DNA of 63,773 nt, counting the filler, from Octopus bimaculoides (Eukaryota): the NCBI RefSeq assembly GCF_001194135.2. It is 12 parts of 12 records of this genome, joined end to end, with 100 filler letters (N's around TTAATTAATTAA, not from the genome) between each part and the next. Parts side by side here need not be neighbours in the genome. Positions count along the whole stretch, not along the records: positions 35,696 to 45,533 come from NC_068982.1; positions 45,634 to 50,815 come from NC_068989.1; positions 50,916 to 53,232 come from NC_069010.1; 9 more parts are not named here. The stretch is one strand, 5' to 3'. This document shows positions 38,885 through 51,056 of this stretch, in pieces. The translations under genes and the position numbers were made by a program. The stretch's first letter is position 1; each line of letters starts with the position of its first letter. The notes below the pieces were generated by a model. It was not told where the DNA came from and did not search any database. It saw nothing but the letters and a program-made list of their open reading frames with translations.

Positions 38885-39182
38885 ACCCCTTCGGTCATGA
38901 ATAATCATGGGTTTGCACCTAGAAAGTTACCCTCCGAAGCACAAGTCCGGGCAAGGTTATTTATAGGAGACAAGCGGTCACCCATGCATACCAGCCTCTC
39001 CGCTCCACGCCACCGATGTTATCCAAGGGAAAGGCAAAGGATGATACAGCTTGACACTAGTGACTCATTTCTACAGCTGAGTGAACTGGAGCAGCATGAA
39101 ATAAAGTGTCTTGCTCAAGAACACAACACACAACCCGACCCGGGAATCGAACTCACGACCTCTAACCACTGAGCCATGCGCT
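38885..39182 (-). mobile_element. SINE family C
   Basis: Matches 10080-10414. Confidence 0.85.
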
Positions 39183-40051
39183 CACTAGTTTATCCATAAC
39201 ATAATGGCCATCTCTTTAGCTGAACCTTGTCTACGTGGTCGCTCCAAGTAGTAACGAAATTTCTCTTAAATCACACCTTACCATCTTAAAAAGGGAAGGT
39301 AACATTACATATTGTACTCATAGATAATACTACAGTTGGGATAAAAAGACAACAAAACAATACAAAACATGACGCCCACATCTGGAACAACTTTGATCAT
39401 AGTTCTGCTGGGTCAACGCCGACCTGGGGCTAAAAAAAGAAGCAGAAGAAAAGGAAGAGTAACAACAATTAAAACAAAACAATTCTTTCTATCTTTCTAT
39501 AATTTTGTCACAAGGCCATCAGATTTGAGGAGAGGGGATTAGTTGACACCAGTGATTGAGTGGTACTTTGGTTTATCGAGCTCGAAAGGATGATAGGTAA
39601 AGTTGACTTCGGAGGGATTTGAACTCAGAAACTACAGAACCAGAAGAAACGCTATAAGGCATTTTGTCCGACGCTCTAGCGATTCTACCAGCATTTCAAA
39701 GGCTAGGCTATCTCATCAATGTCCTTTCTCTCTCACCTCCTCTCTCTGTTGCCGTATTCTTAATCGTTTAGAACCATGAATACTCTCACCTTTTCATGTT
39801 ACTGGCCGTGCAAGTCTCTGTAATATCAGAGCAACGAATGAGTTGCACCGAACAACGGAACACTTTCATGAGCAAACAAATCTTTATTGCTGTTACTTCT
39901 TGTATACTTTTAATTCGTTCTGACATTTCCAATAATTTTAAATAGTGTTATATAACTTGAGGAGGAAAAAGCTTTTTTAAGAGCGATGAGTACGCAGCTT
40001 CTATTTGCATATATGGTATATGTTACTGTGTGTGTGTGTTGGTGTGCGCGC

Positions 40052-40099
<48 letters not shown>

Positions 40100-40128
40100 C
40101 TTTAGAGAGACTTAGAAATATTAACAAC

Positions 40129-40162
<34 letters not shown>

Positions 40163-40732
40163 NNNNNNNNNNNNNNNNNNNNNNNNNNNNNNNNNNNNNN
40201 NNNNNNNNNNNNNNNNNNNNNNNNNNNNNNNNNNNNNNNNNNNNNNNNNNNNNNNNNNNNNNNNNNNNNNNNNNNNNNNNNNNNNNNNNNNNNNNNNNNN
40301 NNNNNNNNNNNNNNNNNNNNNNNNNNNNNNNNNNNNNNNNNNNNNNNNNNNNNNNNNNNNNNNNNNNNNNNNNNNNNNNNNNNNNNNNNNNNNNNNNNNN
40401 NNNNNNNNNNNNNNNNNNNNNNNNNNNNNNNNNNNNNNNNNNNNNNNNNNNNNNNNNNNNNNNNNNNNNNNNNNNNNNNNNNNNNNNNNNNNNNNNNNNN
40501 NNNNNNNNNNNNNNNNNNNNNNNNNNNNNNNNNNNNNNNNNNNNNNNNNNNNNNNNNNNNNNNNNNNNNNNNNNNNNNNNNNNNNNNNNNNNNNNNNNNN
40601 NNNNNNNNNNNNNNNNNNNNNNNNNNNNNNNNNNNNNNNNNNNNNNNNNNNNNNNNNNNNNNNNNNNNNNNNNNNNNNNNNNNNNNNNNNNNNNNNNNNN
40701 NNNNNNNNNNNNNNNNNNNNNNNNNNNNNNNN

Positions 40733-40788
<56 letters not shown>

Positions 40789-40802
40789 TGTATGTACGCG
40801 TA

Positions 40803-40837
<35 letters not shown>

Positions 40838-41184
40838 ATGTATGTATGTATGTGCATATATAGAAAACAGTCCAAACGGACTAACGATGGCCTGCGTCGA
40901 CGAGACGTGTAAATTCTGCAAAAAGCGACAGAAAGCGTACAATGAAATTGCCGTTGGGAGTGGCGTATCTAACATTTCGGACAGAGACCTTCTTCAGCGT
41001 TAAGAGGACAGGAAGGAAAAGAAAATAGTTGAGTATTAAATCTCCTGTCTCGTTGACCCTGTCGAACAATCCTACCTTGCCAGCGTTGGAAACATAAAAT
41101 GATAACGATGATGATGTTTCTATATGTATATGTGTATGTATGTATGTATGCAATCATACACACATACATGTATATATATGTATG

Positions 41185-41268
41185 TATGTTTGTCATTGTT
41201 CAGTTTTATTTCAAGATTTCATGCCAATAGAGAAAGAGCCGGTTTCTAACCTAGATCCAAGGCTCCTT
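41185..41268 (-). mobile_element. 3' UTR tip of an (ACAT)n-associated RLE LINE
   Basis: Near-identical to 61327-61399 (AAGGAGCCTTGGATCTAGGTTAGAAACC...), with (ACAT)n on both sides. Confidence 0.8.
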
Positions 41269-41310
41269 ATGTATGTATGTATGTATGTATGTATGTATGT
41301 ATGTATGTAT

Positions 41311-41562
41311 GTACACCATACTAATCATGTCTGTCGGGCATGTGGAAGGGAGTGTGATTCAGCAGGAGGACTTAAACGACACGCAAAGTTACATGGAGCC
41401 CAATTATAACAACTGCCAGCTATTGCCAGTAAAGGTTTTGGATGCTAACTCTGTGCAAGACATTGTAGATCTTTGGCTGGGCTAAAAAGTCACATTCGAT
41501 CACAACACCGTTAAGTTAAGCTTCGTGCAATGGCCATACTCGATAACGAGGGGGAAGCCATC
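41311..41562 (+). mobile_element. RTE-type LINE 3' end with C2H2-like fingers
   Basis: HVCRACGRECDSAGGLKRHAKLH and a second degenerate C..CRSLAGLKSHIRSQHR* finger, ending in an (ATGT) tail. Confidence 0.7.
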
Positions 41563-41569
41563 ATGTATG

Positions 41570-41600
<31 letters not shown>

Positions 41601-42771
41601 GAACACACACACACATTTATATATATCGACAAACCTCGTGTAACAAGAAAAGAATTAGACCTTAGTAGCACTCGAAAGAAATACGGGACTAAATTTGTTA
41701 AATGTCACAGATATGGAACATCGAGTTTCTGTGCAAAAATTTATCTAATATATGTGTATAGGCTATCCTTCGTTGTAATTATATCCTTCAGTTGACAAGT
41801 ATTATAATTACAACGAAAGATAGCCATGTGTATATATTAGCCGATGTGAAGGCAAGAAAACAATAAAACAAACACAGACACATGCACACACGTACAAACA
41901 CGCACACATATATGTATGTTGGGCTACTTTCAGTTTCCGGCTACCAAATTTACTCACATGGCTTTGGTTGGCCCTGGGCTGTAGTAGTAGACACTGTATG
42001 ATCTATACAAGCATGGAAACGTGGATGTTTCCTATTTATGATATGAATGATAATATTTTCAACCGATACGTTTAGTATATATGATTGTTCAAGTGATTAA
42101 ATTCTATGTATCTACATATGCTTACACGATTACTGACATTTATCAATGACTTCTTCCATTGTGTTGATGCGCCATTTTCTACCATGAATAAAACTGTCGG
42201 CATTTTTTGGCGACACGGGTATGCCAGTATATACATATTACTTTTTACATTTTATTCGTTTCACTCATTAGACTGCAGCCGTGTAATATATGGGTTTCAG
42301 TTTGACGAACTGATTCCAGTATTTATATTTTAAACCTGGCAATATTCTATCGGTAACTTTTACCGAACCGCTAGTTACAGCTTACAGGAACGTAAACAAA
42401 TCAAGCAGTGGGGAAGGAAGGACACACACATACACACATGCATGCACGCATACACACTCACAGATACACACGTGCACGTGACGGACAGGTCACGCATAGC
42501 GTTTTATTATATGTAAGATTTCTTCCATATTTTTGAGAGCCCTTTATATTTAGTTTGGAACAGTAGCGTTCATATCTCGAAGCAGTAAAATGATGCCAGT
42601 CACCAGGACGCAGAAATGCGCCAAAAATTTTTGACATTTCAAAGAATCAATGAAAAATGATCATAACAGATTTTGTTTATTTAATTGCTGATTAAAAATG
42701 GCTCTAACTCCTTGTAATTTATTTTCATTTTTAACACTCAGTCTTGCTAACTTACCAAACAAGTGCCACTA

Positions 42772-42821
<50 letters not shown>

Positions 42822-43184
42822 NNNNNNNNNNNNNNNNNNNNNNNNNNNNNNNNNNNNNNNNNNNNNNNNNNNNNNNNNNNNNNNNNNNNNNNNNNNNNNN
42901 NNNNNNNNNNNNNNNNNNNNNNNNNNNNNNNNNNNNNNNNNNNNNNNNNNNNNNNNNNNNNNNNNNNNNNNNNNNNNNNNNNNNNNNNNNNNNNNNNNNN
43001 NNNNNNNNNNNNNNNNNNNNNNNNNNNNNNNNNNNNNNNNNNNNNNNNNNNNNNNNNNTATATATATATTGGGTATGGTAGATGAGTTCAGCAAAAATTT
43101 AGATTCAGGTGAATATGGTACTTAAGTTGAGGCACCAGAATTTAGTACGGTATTATCCATATAATTTCAAAGTAAGGTGATTAG

Positions 43185-43535
43185 AATCAAAATAAGCAAC
43201 AAGAATATCCAGAGGTAATGCAGTACGATCGTTTCATGCAACTACATTTAATTGAACAATGCAATCATTACATTAATTTAAAATAGAAAGCAATCCTCAG
43301 CTGCACAAAGACATAGAATTTAATTAAATTAGAACAGATAGACACACTAGTATAATTATACCTAAAATTATACTAATGTGTCCATCTGTTCTAATCTAAT
43401 TAAATTCTCTGTCTTTGTGCAGCTGAGGATTGCTCTGCATTTTAAATTGATGTAATGATTGCATTGTTCAATTAAATGGAGTTGCATGAACCGATCGTAC
43501 TGCATTACCTCTGGATATCCTTGTTACTTATTTTG

Positions 43536-43538
<3 letters not shown>
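43185..43538. mobile_element. Palindromic MITE, about 350 bp
   Basis: The whole element folds back: AATCAAAATAAGCAACAAG...GCAATCCTCAGCTGCACAAAGAC against GTCTTTGTGCAGCTGAGGATTGC...CTTGTTACTTATTTTGATT. Confidence 0.9.
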
Positions 43539-43578
<40 letters not shown>

Positions 43579-43793
43579 TCATCATCATTTAATGTCCTTT
43601 TTCCATGCTGGCATGGGTTGGATATATGCGCGCGCGCACACACACACACACGTTTGTATGTATGTTTATAGTGACAAGAAGAAATAAAAATCGAATGTTG
43701 GAAAGACCCAAATAAAATGATTAAAAAAGAAAAAGTAACAAACAAAAGAAAAAAGAAAAACACCTGAGAGGAAAAACAAAACAAAAAACAAAC

Positions 43794-43939
43794 GTTAGTA
43801 TTAGTGAATTTTTGCTTGAAACTTGAAATGGTGGTGTAGGATGTAATACTGAATCCAGTTTGTTCCTTCATTCCACAAATGAACTTTTGAACTTTTCTTG
43901 TGTCAATATTTCCTTCATTAGCGCTATCATTTACTGTCA
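43794..43939 (-). CDS. Candidate exon, product unknown
   Basis: TAG|...|GTTTGT, open TVNDSANEGNIDTRKVQKFICGMKEQTGFSITSYTTISSFKQKFTNTN. The acceptor is weak. Confidence 0.25.
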
Positions 43940-44215
43940 CTAATATTCAGATCAAGTGTTGCTGTTTCTGATATATAAACACCATGAAACGACCAGCGCT
44001 TTTTGTTTTAACGCTCACTTTCAGATGTCAAAGTCAGACATTGTTTGCTCAGCTAACAACAATTATATGTTAAGATAAAGCGATTTAGATATATTTTTTT
44101 TCATAATGTTATATGTCTAGTTAATATAATTAATATAATAAATAATAAATGTAATATAGTTTTACGAATATAAAAAAAAATATATTTTATAACTTGTTAA
44201 TGATATCCAGGGATC

Positions 44216-44501
44216 ATGAATTATCATTACATAAATCTGTTGATCGCTGTTTGGAATTGTTTAACTTTCTGGAATTTAGTGCAAGGTGAACCAATGTGTG
44301 AATACAATCGACATCTGAAAGTTTCAGAAGATTCCAATGACTGTGCATTCTACTACAGTTGTTTCAACGGACGAGTTATCGCAAGTCATCGTTGTTCAGG
44401 TCGAAAGGTATGGGCGACAAAACAGCAGAGGTGCGTGCATCCAATTTTAGCAGAGAGGCCAAAATGCAGCTGTCAAAATGAATATTCTCGAAGATGTGCA
44501 A
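44216..44501 (+). CDS. Secreted chitin-binding protein: signal peptide + peritrophin-A (CBM14/ChtBD2) domain, first coding exon (or a 102-aa ORF ending at 44524)
   Basis: Hydrophobic leader MNYHYINLLIAVWNCLTFWNLVQG-E. Six Cys spaced x14, x5, x10, x12, x10 with DCAFYYSCFNG, fitting the peritrophin-A consensus. CAG acceptor 5 nt before the ATG. Possible phase-1 donor A|GTATTA at 44501/44502. Confidence 0.85.
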
Positions 44502-45224
44502 GTATTAACAATACTTATTTATGATTTTTTAAACTTTGAAAATTATTGTATTTTAATTTACAGATGACAGACGTGGAAAAAAAAATCAAGTGTCTGTCAC
44601 ATATACATAGATACAGAATACACATACTTATACATACACATGCACATCTATATATACATATACTGTCTTCATTAATGGTCTGTCAGTTTTAGAGAAATCT
44701 TGAATTTTGAGATTATTTACCCTTCTCTTTTGGAGCAGGTACCAAGTGCTACCAAGCAAGTGGCCTTATCCCCGTGGAAGCGGAGATTATTTCAATAAAT
44801 GAAGAATTTATCTTGTATTTACTCTACTTCGTCTTTGTCGTTCAAATACATGCCACTGACCACTCAGTGGCATGTAGTATCCTTAACCCTTCTCAAACCT
44901 TCCCGTTTGTTCTCTTGACCGTACTAACTTATTTATTGAACATGATGATAATTATAAACAAAACGGTTTAGAAATTCACTCACTGTAGCAGAGCTGATAA
45001 CATTCACAGAGCCAAACCACCTTACACAATTCTAGTAAAATACTATAACTTTTGAATATTTTTCTGGGTACACATGTATGTTCTTATTTAATTTTTCTCT
45101 TTAGTAGATAATGGAATAGATCGCTGCTGTATCTCGTATATATTTCTATACATACTTATATGCATATATATATATATATACTTTATCTAAAAGCAGCAGA
45201 AATATAACAAAAACTGTTACTAAT

Positions 45225-45270
45225 AAAACTGTCCGATGAACGGGAACGTGAAACTCCGAGTAACAGTTTT
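45225..45270 (+). ncRNA. Minimal hammerhead variant with CCGAUGA (U4C) core
   Basis: Stem I AAAACUGU/ACAGUUUU (8 bp), CCGAUGA at 45233-39, stem II ACG-GGAA-CGU, GAAA at 45250-53, stem III ACUC-C-GAGU, triplet GUA. AATAAA at about 45294. Confidence 0.7.
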
Positions 45271-45500
45271 TTGTTATATTTCTGCTGCTTTTAAATAAAG
45301 CATATTACTCTACCTCTGGTATTTGAGTACTCTTTTTCCACCTTGTTGCACATTTATGTGCTTATGTAGATGTAGGTATGCACATCTATGTATGTATACA
45401 TGCATATGTATACATGCTCATATATCATTTGTACTATTATATTATCGAATGCTACGCGTCCATTTGCAAGTAAGTTTTAACTTATATTTCTGACGCGCAC

Positions 45501-45533
<33 letters not shown>

Positions 45534-45633
45534 NNNNNNNNNNNNNNNNNNNNNNNNNNNNNNNNNNNNNNNNNNNNTTAATTAATTAANNNNNNNNNNN
45601 NNNNNNNNNNNNNNNNNNNNNNNNNNNNNNNNN

Positions 45634-45694
<61 letters not shown>

Positions 45695-46011
45695 ATATAT
45701 ATATATATACATATATATACACATACACATGCACACATACACACACATTTATATGTATATATGTGTGCGTCATACCGTTTATCTACTATCACCACTTGAC
45801 AACCTGAGTTTACATCCCTGTAAAAGAGAGGTTCGACAAAAGACACATTAAATATATGAATTTAAATATAAGTAATGGGGTTGATTTGTTCGATTAACAC
45901 CCTTCAGGGTGGTACTCCAGTATGACCGCAGTCCATTGACTGAAACAAGTAGATAACAGCCCAAAGGTCTGCAATTAAACACCACATGATAATTAGTTCG
46001 ACACTCGAATG

Positions 46012-46364
46012 CAGGGTTTCTCAACCATTTTGTATCTCTGGACTCCTTTGATTGTCATTTTATTCTGGTGGACCCTAATAGTCATTCGATGTTTAAAAAC
46101 TAGTTTTATAGAAACGTCTTTCAAAATTCCTATTTCGTTTATCACACATTAATTTGTGTAGGCTGAACTATGCAAAATGTCAGAGAAAGAACCCTGGACG
46201 TTTATTGCAATACATAACTAATACATACATCTAAAGCTAAATTTTTTTCAGGGACTCTTAAAATACTTTTGTTGGTCTCCAATTTAGCATATTTTTGCTT
46301 GGACCCCGCAAAAAATATTATATGGACCCTCATAAGCCATATGAATTCCGTTTGAAAACCACTG
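46012..46364. mobile_element. hAT (Charlie-like) non-autonomous element
   Basis: CAGGGTTTCTCAACC ... GTTTGAAAACCACTG ends. 8-bp flanks CTCGAATG and CTCTAACG match at 6/8, consistent with an aged TSD. Confidence 0.75.
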
Positions 46365-46541
46365 CTCTAACGATTTTACCCAACGCGCCCCCTTTAATTC
46401 AATGTATATTGCACATAATCTAAGCGTAGCAGATATAACCGTGTCGTTATAAAGTAAATGGTATATATATGTACATAAACATACACACGCGCAGACACAC
46501 ACACGCGCATACACACAAACACACACATACTGTTTACACAT

Positions 46542-46574
<33 letters not shown>

Positions 46575-46773
46575 CACATCTACATCTCAGTACTTACTTT
46601 TTAAAGTCTTGTACTTTATTGGTCACATATATATAATGAACCGTTCAGTTACGGGGATGTAAACAAACCAACACTGCTGTCAAGTGGTCAAGTGACAGAC
46701 ACAAACACAAAGACAGACACACACACACACGTGTGTGCATGTGTATCTACATATAAACACATCATGTATAGTA

Positions 46774-47000
46774 TACGAGAGGTGCTGAAAAGTTCCTCTC
46801 AATTATGATTTTATTCAGTATATTCCCCTCTCAGATTCAAACATTTATTGCAGCAGTCCTTCAGGTTTTCTAAGTCCTGTAAAAGAACTTGAAAGGTTGA
46901 GCCTTCAATCAGGTATTATAAGAACTTTCAAGTACTTATAAAAGAACTTGAAAGGTTAAGCTTTCAATCAGGTATAATTTTTCTCAGCACCCACTCCTAC
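46774..47000. mobile_element. Mariner-derived MITE with internal duplication
   Basis: TACGAGAGGTGCTGAAAAGTTCCT start. The interior is the reverse complement of the 17524 and 34979 copies. TAAAAGAACTTGAAAGGTT occurs twice. Confidence 0.7.
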
Positions 47001-47071
47001 GTACGTACGTACATACACACATGTGTGTGTGTGTATAATGCGTAAATAATAGAAATATATATTATATATAT

Positions 47072-47105
<34 letters not shown>

Positions 47106-47144
47106 TTAATTTACGCATTATATATATTTAATTTACGCATTATA

Positions 47145-47175
<31 letters not shown>

Positions 47176-47255
47176 TATTTACGCATTATATATGTATATT
47201 TATATAATTTACGCATTAGCTGATACCTTCTTTGAAATGGTATTACATCTATTTT

Positions 47256-47887
47256 AGTTGAACAGAAAGAATACTAGGAGAAGTTCTGCGAAAGTAGAGC
47301 AAACGGGAAACTAGACGAAAACTTAACGGACGGGGAATTAGACAAAGACACGATACACAGAGTATTCGCAGCTGAGTTTTCCTCTTCAGTGTCTGGTGAA
47401 AGCGGTGCTGTACTTTTTCGCCCTACCTTTGACCTGACTGGTCGTTGCTGGCCTCGGCTCCCACTGTGTCCTCTACGACTTACGCCATTTCCTCTTTGCG
47501 CAACACCACTAGGTCGTTCGATAGCCGTAAAGCTCTTTCTGTTGTAGTTATGATATGTGTATAATTATTATTTTTTGTTTGTATTGCATATAACCGTAAA
47601 GCTTCGTGCTGTTATATATCCATAGTTCCTTGTTGTATTTATATAATATCTTGTTTGTGTTTGCTTAGTACATATTCGCTAGCTTTTTCCCAGTAGCTTA
47701 TAAAGAGCACTGGCGCCGGCAAAATTGAGCAGTATCAATGGTAATTGGCGCGAAACTGCTATGATATTTTGCATCATTGACTGAAGAGAAAAACGTAGCT
47801 GTGAATATTCCATATATCGTGTCTTTGTCTAATTTCCCGTTTGTTCTGCTTTCATCTAACTTCTTATTGTACTCTTTCTGTTCAACT
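47256..47887. mobile_element. Non-autonomous DNA transposon with about 110-bp TIRs, superfamily unassigned
   Basis: AGTTGAACAGAAAGAATAC...AATTAGACAAAGACACGATA...CTCTTCAGT is mirrored by ACTGAAGAG...TATCGTGTCTTTGTCTAATT...TACTCTTTCTGTTCAACT. Confidence 0.75.
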
Positions 47888-47957
47888 CCTTATACATATA
47901 TGAAGCGCAACGCACACCCTGTTTGTTTGTGTATGTGTTTGTGTTTGTGCATGTTTA

Positions 47958-48009
<52 letters not shown>

Positions 48010-48557
48010 CGTAGGTGTGGCTGTGTGGTAAGAAGCTTGCTTACAAACACGAGATTCTGGGTTCAGTTCCACTGCGTGGCACCTTGGGCAAATGTTTGTA
48101 CTATAGCCGCGGGTTGACCAAAGCCTTGTGAGTGGATCTGGTAGATGAAAACTGAAAGAAGCCTGTCGTTTATGTATATATTTACGTGCGTATCTATCTG
48201 TGTTTGTCCCCCTGCCGTCGTTTGTCAACCGATGCTGGTGTGTTTATATCCACGTAACTTAGCAGTTTGACAAAAGATACCGATACAATAAGTACTAGGT
48301 TTACAAAGAATAAATCCTGGGGTCGAGTTCTTCGACTAAAACCCTTTAGGACGGTGTTCCAGTATGACCGCATTCATATTACTAAAACAAGTAAAAATAT
48401 ATATATATATATATAGTTCATATAGCATGTTTTTATCTTTCATCTTTCATAATCGTATTATGAATATCAGAACATGTTATATGACACTCACTCCATCTAG
48501 TCTTCTGTAACAATATAATATTCTTCTGATGTATTCTTTTTGATGCATTCTTATTTC

Positions 48558-48666
48558 GCACTGAGGAGAACGGTAAAAGGTAATTAGTTTAATTATAATT
48601 AAATTAGTTTTAAAGCTTTTGCATGTTTCTTACATGTTAATATTACCGTTCGAAACGATCGTATGC
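48558..48666 (+). ncRNA. Type-I hammerhead ribozyme fold, canonical core, 66-nt loop II
   Basis: Stem I GCA/UGC, CUGAGGA at 48561-67, perfect 9-bp stem II GAACGGUAA/UUACCGUUC (G10.1-C11.1), GAAA at 48652-55, palindromic stem III ACGAUCGU, triplet GUA at 48661-63. ATTAAA follows. Confidence 0.75.
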
Positions 48667-50074
48667 ATCGATTAAAATTTTCTAAAATTTTTAACATCCC
48701 CTCTTCTCCCTCTTTAATTGTTTGTTCAGTTTCTATAGAATACGTGTTCTATAAATGCTCATAACAAACCTTATACTCATATATATATATATATATANNN
48801 NNNNNNNNNNNNNNNNNNNNNNNNNNNNNNNNNNNNNNNNNNNNNNNNNNNNNNNNNNNNNNNNNNNNNNNNNNNNNNNNNNNNNNNNNNNNNNNNNNNN
48901 NNNNNNNNNNNNNNNNNNNNNNNNNNNNNNNNNNNNNNNNNNNNNNNNNNNNNNNNNNNNNNNNNNNNNNNNNNNNNNNNNNNNNNNNNNNNNNNNNNNN
49001 NNNNNNNNNNNNNNNNNNNNNNNNNNNNNNNNNNNNNNNNNNNNNNNNNNNNNNNNNNNNNNNNNNNNNNNNNNNNNNNNNNNNNNNNNNNNNNNNNNNN
49101 NNNNNNNNNNNNNNNNNNNNNNNNNNNNNNNNNNNNNNNNNNNNNNNNNNNNNNNNNCACACACACACACACACACACACACCACACGCACACACACATA
49201 TATATAAATATATATATATATATATATGACTGCCTTCTTTCAGCTTCCGTCTACCAAATCCACTCACAAGGCTTTAGTCGGCCCGAGGCTATAGTAAAAG
49301 ACACTTGCCCAAGGTGCTACGCAGTGGGACTGAATCAGGAACCATGTGCTTGGTAAGCAAGCTTCTTACTACACAGCCACTCCTGCGCCTATATATAAGT
49401 AGATTATCTTCATTCAGTTTCCCTATACCAAATCCATTTACAAGGCTTTCGATCTGGAGCTATAGTTGCAGACACTTGCCCAAGGTGCCACGCAATTGGA
49501 CTGATCCTGAAACCATGTGTTTGGGGGGTAAACTTTTTACCAGACAGCCACGCCTACATACATCAAGCCACATTCAATGTAAGTCAAAACTAAAATAGAT
49601 ATAATACCATTTCAAGGGCGGTGTCAAATAATGCGTAAATAATAGAAATCAAATTTATATTAGAAACTTTGTTGCATTAATTAAATTCAATTGCTTGCTT
49701 CTGTAATTAACAGCATTAACCCATTTAACAAATATTTATTCTAGCTAATTACCGCTTCTCACTAAGTGCTACCGTCATGCCACTATATCACTAACTTCTA
49801 TTCCTTTTGATACTCATTCCTTTCCCATATTATAATTAATGTGCACATTTAAATCGTCATCAGCTATCACAGTTTAGCCTTCACTACTTCCACTATAACC
49901 TAGCGATAAGAAATAAAAGGAAAAAACAAGAAGAATAGGAACGGTAATAATATTATGTACAACTCTCACACGTCTTGAAGTTTATTTTCTTTATATTTTG
50001 TCTTAAGGCGGCAAGCTGTCAGAATCGTTAGCACAGAGGGCAAAATGTTTAAAATACGTAACATCCAAGTATTA

Positions 50075-50200
50075 TTATTGTTGTTTTTCGGGATGCTCTT
50101 TTTCTTTCTTGTCAAATAAACACACACACACTATATTGCGAATGTTTATGTGACAAAAACAAAAAAAAGAAATGACCATCCCGAAATGCAACAATATCTG
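50075..50200. repeat. About 125-bp imperfect foldback (small MITE-like)
   Basis: TATTGTTGTTTTTCGGGATG against CATCCCGAAATGCAACAATA, with inner arms TTGTCAAATAAAC and GTTTATGTGACAA. Confidence 0.7.
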
Positions 50201-50269
50201 TTTCAACACACAATTTCATATCAGGTATCTTGCAAAACAAGTACATAAACGTAACTTATTATTTGCTGC

Positions 50270-50541
50270 CAGTTCGTGGCTTTATCATGACTTGATAAGC
50301 TTTCTCCATACTGGTCAGTTTTCCACTTGAGTTTGCCATTTATTATGATCAATTCCTTTCAAATTCATATTCCTTTTGCAGTATCTTTAAGTCGCATTCT
50401 AGGTTTTCCATGGTTTCTTTTTCCTTTGCATAGTTGTGGGTAAAAGAGTTGTCTGGGGATCCTGTTGTTATCCATCCTGAGCACTAGTAACAACCAACGT
50501 AAATTTCTATCAGTGAGGATTTCCATCATAAAAGGCAGGCC
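50270..50541 (-). mobile_element. RTE-clade LINE fragment (post-RT region)
   Basis: NLRWL..VLRMDNNRIPRQLFY.QLCKGKRNHGKPRMRLKD resembles RTE LRW.GHV.RM...R.P.QL.Y.EL..G.R..G.P..R.KD. Confidence 0.8.
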
Positions 50542-50815
50542 AACCCTATCAAAAGCTTTAGACTGGTCCAAATGTACCAGTGCCCCACCTTTGCCAGATT
50601 TATTACCAACCCTCTCTATGGTATAGCGGATAAGATGGGGGGTATCCTGAATGGTTCTGCCTGGGATGGCACATGTCTGTGCCTCCCCGACTATACCATC
50701 CGCGACACGCGCCAACCTTTTCGCTAAGACCTTGGCCAAAATCTTCACTTCTGCGTTTAACAGAGTGATGGGCCTGAAATTCTCTATAACGTCCCCCTTG
50801 TCCGGGTCTTTTCTG
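50542..50815 (-). mobile_element. Tx1/L1-clade LINE RT fragment
   Basis: RPITLLNAEVKILAKVLAKRL, QTCAIPGRTIQD, ALVHLDQSKAFDRV. Confidence 0.9.
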
Positions 50816-51056
50816 NNNNNNNNNNNNNNNNNNNNNNNNNNNNNNNNNNNNNNNNNNNNTTAATTAATTAANNNNNNNNNNNNNNNNNNNNNNNNNNNNN
50901 NNNNNNNNNNNNNNNTTAATTGAATTTAACGGTCCCATTACTTCCTTTTTAAGCTTGGTGCTTATATTATTGGAGTCCTTTGCCGAAACGCTAAGTTACG
51001 GAGTCGTAACAATACCGACATGGGTTGTCAACCGGTGATAGGGAGACGAACATTCT

